A DNA stretch of 63,792 bases, filler included, from Octopus bimaculoides (taxonomy: Eukaryota): NCBI RefSeq assembly GCF_001194135.2. It is 8 parts of 7 records of this genome, joined end to end, with 100 filler letters (N's around TTAATTAATTAA, not from the genome) between each part and the next. Parts side by side here need not be neighbours in the genome. Positions count along the whole stretch, not along the records: positions 23,398 to 45,698 come from NC_068992.1; 7 more parts are not named here. One strand, given 5' to 3'. Below are positions 26,548-38,234 of the stretch, one piece after another. Below the pieces are notes generated by a model. The model did no database searches, had not been told where the DNA came from, and saw nothing but the letters and a program-made list of their open reading frames with translations. Every line of letters starts with the position of its first letter. Positions within the stretch are counted from its first letter, which is position 1. The position numbers were made by a program, and so were the translations under genes.

Positions 26548-27927
26548 CTAGAAAATGAAATAGCAATATGAATAAGGAACAAGAACGAAGGACAATGCTA
26601 AATACACATACAAGATGAGGACAAATATCCGTCAAATGTAAATAATGTAAATAATTCCTCATCTCTTAAATATAGAACTATAATTCCATTCTATAGTAAA
26701 AGAGATATCCCAGAACTGACAGCAATTTAGTTTTGGTTTTTGTACATACACTAAAAATATGAGCTGTGTGCATGTAAGAGGAATGGCGTCTGGCCATAGA
26801 AAATCTGCATCAATAAACTCCGTCTGACCCATGCAAGCATGAAAAAGTGGACATTAAAACAATGATGTATATGTGCGTGTGCATGTATGTTTGTGTGAGT
26901 GAGATTCTTATTTGCCAAGTGTTTGCTGGTATGTAAACAATGGCTCCCTTTAAATGAGGCTCAGGTTTTGGTTAGAGTTACATTAGTGTTTCGAGTTTAG
27001 GATTAAGGTTTATTTTAGGGTTTAAGGGATTGGGGTGGTCAGAGATGAAAATCTGTTGCTGTACTGAAATTTCTTTGCACATGCATACAGCTCATATTTT
27101 TAGTCAATCTGTTCTAACTACATCAAATATGCTAGCACCCATTTTACTATAAAGGTTTTTATGCAGTAGGCATCCCTGGGTGGTATTTACATTTGATCAT
27201 TCTTTCAAGTTTTTAAGACCCCTTACAAAAAGAAATAAATAAACCTTCAGTCCTTTGATTGTTATTAGATTTTGCAAAGGAAGACAAATAAGACTGAAAC
27301 ATGTCTAAAGTTGTCCCTGTGCTGCTAAACATTCAGACTCACCATGCAGTTCATAATCAATTGTTAAGATTCCAGGGTTACCTCCTCTATATTCCTTGAT
27401 CAGAATTATTCATTCCATGATTTGATTTCATTACTATAGTAATTAATCTAATTAAAATTAAATCAAGTATGATGTACCCACTTTACTTTTATGGGTAGGA
27501 TTTCCACAAACAAACACCTGAATACTCTGGGGGAATATTGTTAACACAGTATAGTAATAACTGTGATGGTACTGTACTACAATGTGACTGAAGGTTGTTT
27601 TAACCATTCCACTTCACTTTCATCAGAATATCCTAATCTTGATATGCACTCCCATCATTGTCTTCTTCGTCACAACCATCATCGCCTCCACCACCATCAT
27701 TGCTGCCATGCATCTCCAACCCCACCACCACTACCATCATCATTTTTACATATGTTTTTCCATGATTGCAATAGGTGAGACAGGTCATCTCCATCTGCAG
27801 TTCTTTTGTCAACATGATGATAATGGTGATGATAGTGATGAAATAAAAGGGCTAGAAACTAATCAATAGATATTGATCTATTGGTATTTTGTATTTTTTA
27901 TTGTATTTTTCCCCCTTTTCTTTTTAG

Positions 27928-28062
27928 TACCATTGAAGCAATGAATGGTAATATTAGCTTCCAAGATGCATTAAGAACCAGGTTAAATATTATTAAACCA
28001 AGTAAAAATATTCTTAAACAGTTTCTAGAAACTCATCCACCAAAATTAACCGATGGAGTCAA
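27928..28062 (+). CDS. PSPH: Phosphoserine phosphatase, internal exon (first exon seen)
   Basis: TTTTTAG acceptor, TIEAMNGNISFQDALRTRLNIIKPSK...PPKLTDGVK, GTAAGT donor; 135 nt, phases match the next exon. Confidence 0.9.
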
Positions 28063-28129
28063 GTAAGTTATTTTGTTTGTTTGATTTGCTTTTTTCTTTT
28101 TTTTTGCATTAATTTGTCTTTAATTATCA

Positions 28130-28480
28130 TTATCATCTGGTTGAGCTCCCTCAAACATTTTCAACTTGCACATCTCATCTGTGTCAGTCCTACATTAGTT
28201 GAGCAAGGTCTTCGGGAAGGCATCCAGTGTTTCTGGGGAGTTGATCTACGTACGTTGTGTTTGGATGACCTGCTCGAGTACGGCCATGCTTTGACATCCA
28301 TAGCCATAGGTCACTTTACAGGACATTGCTGACAAGCTCTTGTTTAGCTCATCAACAATGTCCTGTGAAGTGCAAGCACCTTTCCCTTTTAATGGTGGAA
28401 ATGGGCAGGATATATCCATTCAGTGGGTTCTTGGTAGGATGAGTTCTCTAAGATACATCTAAGACTGTTCTTAACATTCA
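28130..28480 (-). mobile_element. Degenerate RTE-like LINE C-terminal remnant
   Basis: Minus strand TYGYGCQSMAV...LDAFPK resembles the RTE YGxETW...LDAF region; many stops. Confidence 0.35.
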
Positions 28481-28497
28481 GGTGTCAATTCTGTGTA

Positions 28498-28720
28498 ACT
28501 GGCAACGGCCACGCTCAAAATGGTGCACCCCATGTGCCACCCGCACAAGAGCCAGTCTAGGAGCACTGGCAACGATCTCGCTCGAAAATCCCACGAAGGC
28601 CAGCTAGGCGGCACTGGCAACAGCCACGCTCAAAATGGTGTATTTCATGTGTCACCCGCACAAGAGCCAGTCCAGGGGCACTGGCAACGATCTCGCTCGA
28701 AAATCCTACGACGGCCCATC
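28498..28720. repeat. Two tandem ~112-bp units (ACTGGCAACGGCCACGCTCAAAATGGTG...)
   Basis: The same unit type occurs inside the RTE-tail element at 33960-34200. Confidence 0.7.
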
Positions 28721-29230
28721 TATAAAATGTTTAATTAATTATTAAATGATATTTAACAATCTTTTTCTAATTCTAATTTTGTTATGAATATTTTTTTAAA
28801 TTCTTTCGTGGTTTATATTTCTAAATAATAATAACAACAGTCGATTGGCAGAATCGGTAGAGCGTTGCAAAAAAATGTGCATTTCTTCTAGCTCTTTACA
28901 TTCTGGGTTCAAATTCTGCCTAGATCAACTCTGCCTTCCATCCTTTCGGGGTCGATGTTATCAACTTAACATCTCACCCAAAATTTCAGGCTCTATGCCT
29001 GTACTAGTAAGGATTGTTATCATCATCATCATCATCATCATTACTATTGACAGTGCCAGTGGCACATAAAAAGCACCCACTACACTCTCGGAGTGTTTCC
29101 AGCTGTGGAAACATTGTCTGATCAGACTGGAGCCTGGTGCAGCCATTGGCTCTCCAGACTTCAGTCAAACCGTCCAACCCATGCCAGAATGGAAAACAGA
29201 CATTAAATGATGGTGATGATGATGACATGA

Positions 29231-29440
29231 GGCAGCGAGCTGGCAGAATCATTAGCATGCTGGACAAAATGCTTAGCGATATTTTGTCTGTCGCTACATT
29301 CTAAGTTCACATTCTGCTGAGGTCGACTTAGCCTTTCATCCTTTCGGGGTCGATAAAATAAGTCCCAGTTGAACACTGGGGGTCAATGTGATCAATCCAT
29401 CCCTACCTCCCCCAAGCTGCCCTTGTGGCAAAAATTTGAA
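29231..29440 (+). mobile_element. SINE family A
   Basis: GGCAGCGAGCTGGCAGAATCATTAGC head and CCTTTCATCCTTTCGGGGTCGATAAAATAAG body. Confidence 0.8.
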
Positions 29441-30231
29441 ATCCTTATTTCTATTAGCACGACCATTAATGTGCTGTACAAAATGCTTCATGGCATTTCT
29501 TCTAGTTTTTTTACATTCTTAAGTTCAAATCCAGACAAGATCAACTTCGCTTTTTCATCTTTTTGGAAACTGATAACATAAAGACTCAGTGGAATACAGT
29601 AGACAATCAGCTACTTCCCTCGACCTAAAAGAAATTGCTGGCCTTGTGCCAAGATTTGAAATGGTTATTATTATTATTATTAGTAGTAGTAGTAGTAGTA
29701 GTAACAATTTTGTCTTTCATCCTTTCAGGGTTGATGACATAAGTACTATCATCATCAATTAATTTCCATTTTCCATGCTAGCATGGGTTGGATGATTTGA
29801 CAGGAGCTGGCACGCTGGAGAGCTGCACCAGGCTACAATTGTCTATGTTGGCATGGTTTCTATAGCTGAATACCCTTCCTAACACTAACCACTTTACAGA
29901 GTGCATTGGGTGCTCTTTACATGGCACAAGCCTCCATGTGAAGCCTGATGTATGTATCAGCAATATGATCCTGAAGCTCTTCCTCCATTGTCCAAATTTC
30001 AATTTCACAGACGAATGCTCTCCACACACACCATCTGTGCAATTAATCAATACACATTTCTAATTCTAGTAAATTAAACAAATTTGGTAATTAAAAAATG
30101 AAAACATTTTTTTCAACCAGTTTGCCATTAGACATAAAATTATTTTCTTCCAAACCATTACAATTTTGTTTAGTAAAGAAATAACATAATATAGCATTTT
30201 ACTGTATGTTTTACCCCTTTTGGTTTCACAG

Positions 30232-30377
30232 AGACCTGATACTTATACTACAGGAAAAAAACATTGATGTCTATCTTATTTCGGGAGGATTCCGTACCAT
30301 CATTGAGACTGTTGCCAAAGAAGTGAACATTCCAAAAGATCATATATTTGCAAACAGGTTGCAGTTTGATCAAGATG
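30232..30377 (+). CDS. PSPH: Phosphoserine phosphatase exon
   Basis: CAG acceptor, DLILILQEKNIDVYLISGGFRTIIETVAKEVNIPKDHIFANRLQFDQDG (HAD motif II, SGGF), GTGAGT donor; 146 nt. Confidence 0.95.
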
Positions 30378-30496
30378 GTGAGTATATTATCCATTCAACA
30401 TTGGTTTTTTTAATGGGAACTATATCTGTGGTAGGATGCTCTTCTTGTCACCAACTCTTATCTGTTTATCATGTAAGGGATTTTTTTTTATTCTAC

Positions 30497-30707
30497 ATGT
30501 AGTTAGGGTTTCAAACCACCATCTGAAGACTGCTAACCATCTGCAATCTTGTTATTAAATCATAAGCTGGCACTTCAATATAACAATCACCTGCAGCTTT
30601 TTTTACAACTCCATATTATTGGAACCATTTTTAAATAGATTAATTAATTCTGCAAAAGACATCACAAACCATTTTGCTTCTTCTTTCACTTTCTTCCTCA
30701 AAACATT
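30497..30707 (-). repeat. Inverted copy of PSPH terminal exon and 3'UTR (32852-33059)
   Basis: Reverse complement aligns almost base-for-base with 32852-33059, with about a dozen substitutions and one small indel by eye. Confidence 0.95.
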
Positions 30708-30822
30708 TTTTCACAGTGTACAGTTACAGGTCATAACATCTACAAGGAATGCAAACATCATAATACTGTTTTGCTCAGCTGGTAACAAGTGAAGCAATGA
30801 AATGTCACATTCACACACATAT

Positions 30823-30854
<32 letters not shown>

Positions 30855-31147
30855 TCATGTATACATATTTTGAAGCACACATCTGTGTATGCCAGGTCAG
30901 CTAACCAACACCAACTTCAGCACAATGGTATTCCATTAAGCACTTCTCAGTGCATGTGTAAGTGGCATCTCTACACACTATACATCCAGACACTCAAGGC
31001 AACGGACTGTTTCATATTCAAACTTGTAACCATCCAGCCATAGAAACTATGCCAAAGGAGAGAGCAGAATATAACACAGTCTTCTGTCGGATCCCGTCAA
31101 ACTGTCCAACTGATGCCAGCATGGAAAACCGATGATAATGTCAGGCT

Positions 31148-31275
31148 TCTTTCCATATACCAAATCTACTCACAAGGCTTTGGTTGGCCCAGGACGATCA
31201 TAGAAGACACTTGCCCAAAGTACCACACAATAAGACTGAACTCAAGCCATTTTTAACCACACTGCTATGCCTGCA
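31148..31275 (-). mobile_element. CORE-like SINE, family D
   Basis: ACCAAATCTACTCACAAGGCTTTGGTTGGCCC...AGAAGACACTTGCCCAA. Confidence 0.65.
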
Positions 31276-31414
31276 TCTGAACCACTTTGTTAATTTACAT
31301 GAATTATTATGATAATTACTCTAACGTTTCTTTAAACCACTTGACATTATATTATTTATCACATCATCATCATCATTTAACAGCAGTTTTAATTCACCAT
31401 TTTTATATTTTCAG

Positions 31415-31563
31415 GTAATTATGTTAGTTTTGATAAAGCAGAGCTCACTGCCAAGAGTGGTGGTAAAGGACAAGTAATTCAACTTTTGAAAGATAAGCAT
31501 AATTATAGCAATTTAATTATGATCGGTGATGGTGCAACTGACATGGAAGCTTGTCCTCCTGCT
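31415..31563 (+). CDS. PSPH: Phosphoserine phosphatase exon
   Basis: TTTTCAG acceptor, GNYVSFDKAELTAKSGGKGQVIQLLKDKHNYSNLIMIGDGATDMEACPPA (HAD motifs III and IV, GDGATD), GTAAGT donor; 149 nt. Confidence 0.95.
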
Positions 31564-31638
31564 GTAAGTAATCTAATATTTCTATGCACATTGAAATAAC
31601 AGCTTGGATTGCAATCAAATGTGCAACATAACTATTTT

Positions 31639-31681
31639 GTGTGCTGATGAAAGGAAATAACCCGGAAATCGCGATACACAT
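31639..31681 (+). ncRNA. Candidate minimal type I hammerhead ribozyme in a PSPH intron
   Basis: GTGTG-CTGATGA-AAGGAAATAACCCG-GAAA-TCGCGA-TA-CACAT; intact core boxes, palindromic helix III, weak stem II. Confidence 0.45.
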
Positions 31682-32827
31682 TGTTTTGAGCTGAGTGAGG
31701 ATGCTAGATTCCCTTGTTCGAAAATTTAAGGACACAGATCATGTGGTATAGCCAGCTGGAGACGATGTCTCCTGGGGCTAAATTATAGCAACATTCATCC
31801 TAAACCAGGACTGCCATGTTATGTTGGCAAACAATCTTTACTCCAAAGTACTGTTGCTGAATATCTCGTGTTGTGAGATTTAAAAATAGTAATTTTCTAA
31901 AAACTATTTACAATTAACTGTAGTCGAGGTTTATCACACATTTTCACATGTATTTTTGTGTTAGCTGAGTTGAACTAGCTACTATGATCACTGTACAAAA
32001 ACACTGATTCTGCTACTGGGTCCAGTCTTCATTGTGATATGGTGGCTTGTATGCCCCAATGGCCCTGACAGCTATGCTAGCAGAAGACATGTTCCTGCTA
32101 GAGCCTGTCATGTTGAACAGGTCAAAGGTTAGATGCCAGAATGATGTGGATCACCTCTTCCCAGAAGTAAAAATAGGTTCCCATAGGGCCAATACTTCTA
32201 CCTAGAAAAAAAGCAAAGTTACAGAGGCATTGATAACTGAAAAACCAAAATAAAACTGGGAGAGGAAGGCCTTTCCTCAGGGATAAATATGAGGTGGTGC
32301 AGCAAAATCTGAAAGAAAACTGCAGGAAAAAAAAAGCAATAAGTCAACTGGAGAGAAGCAGAAAAGGCAGTCTGTAATTGAAAACAGTGGAGACAAATCA
32401 TTAATGATCCATGGTCTATAGAGAGCGAAAGACTTAAGTAATATACATAGTTTGAATTTTGATAATATATTATCAGGGTTACTTCCCCTACGTTTTTTTA
32501 TCAGAATTATTCATTCCATGATTTGTTTTCATTACTAAAGTAATCAATCTAATTAAAATTTTTCAACTTATGATATCAAGTACCCACTTCACTTTCATGG
32601 GTGGTTTTTCCACAAGCAAACACCTGAATACTCTGGGGAAGTATTGTTATTAACACAGTACAGTAATAACTGTGATGGTACTGTACTACAAAGTGACTGA
32701 GAGTTATTTTAACCATTTAAATCAATGAAGTAGTGTTGTGGCTGAATGCTCTTCCTACAACCAGCCATTATTTATAAAGTCAAATAGTGGTTAATATTTT
32801 TCTTTTCTTTTCTTTTTTCTCTCCTAG

Positions 32828-32929
32828 GATGCTTTTATTGGTTTTGGAGGTAATGTTGTGAGGAAGAAAGTGAAGGAAGAAGCAAAATGGTTTGTGATGT
32901 CTTTTACAGAATTAATTAATCTATTTTAA
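32828..32929 (+). CDS. PSPH: Phosphoserine phosphatase terminal exon
   Basis: CCTAG acceptor, DAFIGFGGNVVRKKVKEEAKWFVMSFTELINLF*; 102 nt. Confidence 0.95.
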   Translation, partial: DAFIGFGGNVVRKKVKEEAKWFVMSFTELINLF

Positions 32930-33824
32930 AATGGTTCCAATAATGTGGAGTTGTAAAAAAAGCTGCAAGTGACTGACATATTGAAGTGCCAGCCTATGAT
33001 TTAATAACAAGATTGTAAATCCTCAGTCTTCAGATGGTGGTTTGAAACCCTAACTACATATTTACATGAGACTATCTGAGAGCTTTTTTAACAAAGTCCA
33101 ATAAGTAAGAATCTATTCTCACCAGAAACCCTTGGAATGAGATAAAACCCTGCCACATATCATTAAAAATAAGATTCAACACACAATGTTTGATGTTGTT
33201 TTTGCTTGTTTTGTTTTTTAAACTAGAAGCAGAATCTCAGAAAAAGTGATTGAAAGGTATTAATCCATTTACCAATGATATCAGTAGCATAAATAGCTAC
33301 AAAAGTCAGTATATTTAGTGGTCAGTTAGCTCCAGTAAAACAGACACTGCTATTGGCCTTCCCTCCATTTTAATATCTAACATCTGCATCATTATCATCT
33401 TGATGTGCTAAGACCAAATGTGTTACACTGTCACAGGATTAGTTGAAAGGAGAGTAAGAGAAAAAGAGGAAGAGAGAAGTGTTAATGATGTTAGGTAAGG
33501 GAAAGTAATAGTTATTAAAAAGTGAGTTAAAAGGTGAGTTAGTTAAAAGAGAGCTACAAATACAATGTTTAACAGAGGAGTGATGTTCTGGTAGTGAGGT
33601 TAAAAATATGCAGATAGAGAGGGGAGGCAGTTATATTAAGAGGGAGAAGCAAATAATGTGAGAGATGCCATGTCAGCTGATGCATTATGCTGTAACATGT
33701 TTAGTGAAAGTGAGAGGTGAATTAAATGGTTAAAAAGTTTGTTGAAATATGTGGTAGAGAGAAATGTAAAGTGGTTAGCAGAGGGAAATTTTAAACATCA
33801 TATATTATTGTCATCATCATCATC

Positions 33825-34240
33825 ATCGTTTAACGTCCGCTTTCCATGCTAGCATGGGTTGGACGATTTGATTGAGGACTGGCAAACCAGATAGCTGCAC
33901 CAGGCTCCAATCTGATCTGGCAGAGTTTCTACAGCTGGATGCCCTTCCTAATACCAACCACTCCTCTTTTACGTGCCACCGGCACAAGGGCCAGTCTGGT
34001 GGTACTGGCAACAGCCACACTCAAATGGTGTTTTTTACGTGCCACCTGCATAGGAGTCAGTCCAGCGACACTGGCAACGACCTCACTCAAATGTTTTGTT
34101 CACATGCCAGTCAGGCGACGCTGGTAAAGATCATGCTCAAATGGTGCTTTTTACATGCCATTGGCACGGAAGCCAGACAGCTGCTCTGGCAGTGATCCCA
34201 CTTGGATGGTGCTGTTAGCGCTCCACAGGTGCCAGTCATT
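33825..34240 (-). mobile_element. RTE 3'-tail element (5'-truncated LINE or tail-sharing SINE)
   Basis: Reverse complement of the 3' end at 39468-39647 (GGAAGGGCATCCAGCTGTAGAAAC...GGAAAGCGGACGTTAAACGATGATGAT). Further copies at about 29045, 29750, 34930, 35150, 35525, 35880, 42300, 42640 and 43275. Confidence 0.8.
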
Positions 34241-35297
34241 GAATTTAGTTCAATTTCAATTGTGACTATCAAAATAACATTTTAATACTCAATTTTTTAC
34301 ATCTGTCAATCTATTTATCGATCTATCCACATTGACAAATACATCGATGGGTGGACAGTGGAAAGAAAGCTTATATTAGGTATAATGATAAACTTATCAT
34401 AAATAGGACTATAGATTTTCCAATGAAAGTGTAATATGTTAGTGAAATAGCTACGGATGTTATTTGTAAAACAGTACACCGCCACCACCACCCAATTGAC
34501 ACTTTTAAACAGTCTTAATTATGGAACAATAATGAAGAAGAGACAATGTATTTAACAATGAAAAGGTTTTAGAAAGTTCTGTGAATTTATGCATCAAAAA
34601 TAGAAACATGGTGTTTCCATGGATCTCACATGTATGAAAACATTTTCACTACATTCAAAACAAACTCCTAGGAAATCTTTTATCTTTTACTTGTTTCAGT
34701 CATTAGACTGCAGACATGCTGGGGCAGCACTGCCTTGAAGAATGGATTAACTCCAGTATTTATTTTTGGCTTTTTAAGCTTGGTTCTTATTCAGTTGATC
34801 TGTTTTACCAAACCACTAAGTTACAGGGACATAAACACACCAACATTGGTTTTCAAGTGGAGGTGGAGACACATAGACACACACACTTACACATATATGC
34901 AGACATTAAACAATGATGATGATATTGAATGTAAAAAGCACCCATTACATTCGTGGAGTGGAAGGGTATCCAGCTGTAGAAACATTGCCAGATCAGATTG
35001 GAGCCTGGTGCAGCCACTGGCTTTCTAAATCTCAGTCAAACCGTCCATTTATAAGGTCAGAGTACAAATCCTACTTCAACATCTTTAAGTTGTCTTTTAT
35101 GACATGCAGAGGTAACATTGGTTCTATTATTTGGCCTGCTGGTCCACTCACAGTTTAACTTCCGCTTTCCATGCTGGCATGGGTTAGACAGTTTAATCAG
35201 GGAGGCAGCACCAGGCTCCAAACTGATTTGGCAAGGTTTCCTACAGCTGGAAGCCCTTCCTAATGGCAACCACTGCGAAAATGTACTGAGTGCTTTT

Positions 35298-35360
35298 TAC
35301 ATGCCACCGGCACGGGAGCCAGTCAGGCGGCACTGAGTGCTCCCGTGCCGGTGGCATGTA
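35298..35360. repeat. Perfect 22-bp inverted repeat hairpin at the truncated end of an RTE-tail copy
   Basis: TACATGCCACCGGCACGGGAGC (35298-35319) pairs with GCTCCCGTGCCGGTGGCATGTA (35339-35360). Confidence 0.9.
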
Positions 35361-36889
35361 TAAATAAACTAAAATTATTTAAATACACAGGGCAGTCATT
35401 AACGACTTTGTCTATACAATTTCATTATGGGCAGAAAAAGTGTAGTTTATCAAAGCATCAAAACTGTCTGGTTAAAATTAAAACTATTTAATTTTAATCA
35501 GACAATTATCACCATTATTATTGTTTTAACATTTATGTTTCCATGCTTGCATAGGCCAAACAGAATTCATTGAAGTAGAGTTCTTATAGCTGGATGCCCT
35601 TCTTGTTGCCAATGCTCACTTGTTGCCTCACAAAGTGACGTTTTCCCATGGCCAGACACAATTTCATGGAGGGTTGGAAATGAACACCAATCATGTGGTA
35701 AGGCTTATTTACAATGATCACATAATGTCAAGACAAGGAGACACAAATACACACTTGTGTGCATTGTCTCCTTGTCTCAATAACACGCACTAAATGTAAA
35801 TAAACATCACCATTCTATAAGCAATATTGTTTATTTATAATCATGAAAGCATGTCTAGCTGTTTGAAATCATCATCATCATTGTTGAACGTCCACTTTCC
35901 ATGCTGGCATGAGTTGGACGGTTTCACTGAAAATTGGTGAGCCAGAGTGGGGGGACTGCACCAGCTTCCAATCTGATTTGGCAAGGTTTCTACAGCTGGA
36001 TGCCCTTCCTAACACCAACCACTCTGAGAGTGTAGTGGGTGTTTTTTACGTGCCACCAGCATGGATGCCGTTGACCTGACATTGTCATCAGCCATGACTA
36101 CAGTCTCGCTTGGCTTGACAGGTCAATACAAGCATGGTATATAGCCTAGAGTCTTGGTCACCTGTCACTGCCTCCATGATGCCCAACACTCAAGTGGTGT
36201 TTTTTGTTTGCCAATGGCATGGGTGCCAGTCAGACAGCACTGGCATCAGCCACAACTACAATTTCACTTGGTTTGACAGGTCTTCACAAAGACTAAGGAA
36301 AATATTATCTTGTTTGGGAGCAGGTGAAGATAGGTGACAGGAAGAGCATCCAGTTAAATTCCATCTGACCTGTGCAAGCATAGAAAAGAAAATATGAAAA
36401 CAATGAGAGTGATGAAAGACTTTACAACTGTTTAATATAATTAATTTTAATTATCTTATCTGCAGTTCATCATAATATTTCAGTTAAATGAACTTTAAAA
36501 AAATAAGCAGAAAGTAAACACACAAGTTGAAATGTAAAAGATAGTTTGAAAACATAACAAATATTTTATTAATGATGTTCAAACATTCCTTCATCGAACA
36601 AACATACATGAAACAGAAATGGATAAAAATAATAATTTTTATTATAACACGAATGTTTATGCATCCAAATGCACTTTGAAGATGTAACATGTACAATTAT
36701 ATGTTACTAGTGAACTAATATTCTATATACATTTTATATATGAATTCAATATCTGGTTATTATTACTATTATTGTCATTACAAAATAACAGCTTATTAAA
36801 ACCACATAAAGAGTGAATCACGTGAATTCTAATAGCACTGAGAAACTGTATTTTAAAAATATATTTGATGTAATAATCCTTTCTGCTAT

Positions 36890-37090
36890 ACGTACAAGGC
36901 CTGAAATTTTGAGAGGAGGAGTAAATCGATTACATTGACCCCAGTACTCAACTGGTATTTAATTTATCGACCCCGAAAGGATGAAAGGCAAAGTCTACCT
37001 TGGTGGAATTTGAACTCAGAACATAGCAGCAAACGAAATACTGCTTAGCATTTCGCCCGGCATGCTAACAGTTCTGCCAGCTCACTGCCT
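36890..37090 (-). mobile_element. SINE family A
   Basis: GTCGATTACATTGACCCCAGTACTCAACTGG...GATGAAAGGCAAAGT...TTCTGCCAGCTCACTGCC; similar copies at 41620 and 42945. Confidence 0.8.
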
Positions 37091-37868
37091 TTATTTGATG
37101 TAATAGTGGTTTTTCAATATTTTTGTTGACTGTAATGTACTCATTTAAAAACTGAGTTCCTATATCTTTTTTTTTTTTGTTTCTTTTTTGTTAATTTCTT
37201 AAAAATCTGATTGTTGATGGCAATAATGCCTCTTAAAATATAAACAATCCAAAGGTAAAAATAAATGGAACATTTCAAATATGGAAGCTTTAAAATAAAT
37301 TCTCTATGAAGCAACTACACCATGGCAGAACTAATTAATAACATGCAAAGCTGTTAAATTTGTTTTAAATTTATTTAATGCAGTATCAAACGAGCAAGTA
37401 GTAACTTGCTCATTGTTCCTGTTCTATTGCATCTTCATAGAACTGTATCAATGACAAGGTTGTATTTGTGTGATGAAATAAATTCAAACCTTTAGTATTC
37501 GGATTACTCTGTCAAGCATAATACTTCTTTATTCACATTGTTTTGAATTAAACATGCAACAAGTCATAGCTTTGAGATTTCAATGATATGGTTCTATATT
37601 TTTAGAATGACATTGTAGGGTTTATGTGAGAAGTTGGATCTAGCCAGTTTGAACATAAACAGGTAGAATATTTGAGCCAGATATGACTGGCTTAAATTTT
37701 GAAGGGTTAAATTTAAAATTAATTTAACAGCTTTGTGTGTTAGTAAATGGTTCTGCTACAATATAGTTAGTTCAATTTCATCACACCATCCCAGATGAAG
37801 CCACCTGCTAAACAAATACAACTCTAAAAGTCTACAAAGTAGTTTTTCCTTAAAGAGCACCATCATCG

Positions 37869-38078
37869 TCAAGACTGAGATTGGCCATAAGATTCAGCTA
37901 GTTTATAAAACCAACGCGACAGAGCAGCTTGTACACGAATCATCAACAGGAAGGTAATTAAACCAGTTAAAAAGGTGACTCCAGACATTGCAGCAGCAAA
38001 TATAAACCGAGGAGCAAATATCTTCCAAACCATTAAATGTCTTCTATGAAGTGCTGCTGCTGTCATACTGCTAAGTAA
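37869..38078 (-). CDS. PIGO: GPI ethanolamine phosphate transferase 3, terminal exon
   Basis: TTGCAG acceptor, LLSSMTAAALHRRHLMVWKIFAPRFIF...*; the HRRHLMVWKIFAPRF motif is characteristic of PIG-O; 210 nt. Confidence 0.92.
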   Translation of the reverse strand, partial: LLSSMTAAALHRRHLMVWKIFAPRFIFAAAMSGVTFLTGLITFLLMIRVQAALSRWFYKLAESYGQSQS

Positions 38079-38234
38079 CTGCAAAATAAAACAAACAAAC
38101 AAAATTACATGTGGGTTTATTCATTTGTATACACACACGCACACACAATTGTTTGTAGAGAACAGGGGAAATATTTAAAATCCTAATCCATTTAATGGAA
38201 TCGTTTACAATTTATTTCTTTATGCAAATGTGGC

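Noticed and set aside
23398-27927. PSPH first coding exon (DxDST motif) and AMACR exons 1 and 3
   Set aside because: Searched by eye and in the ORF track; not found, so not annotated.
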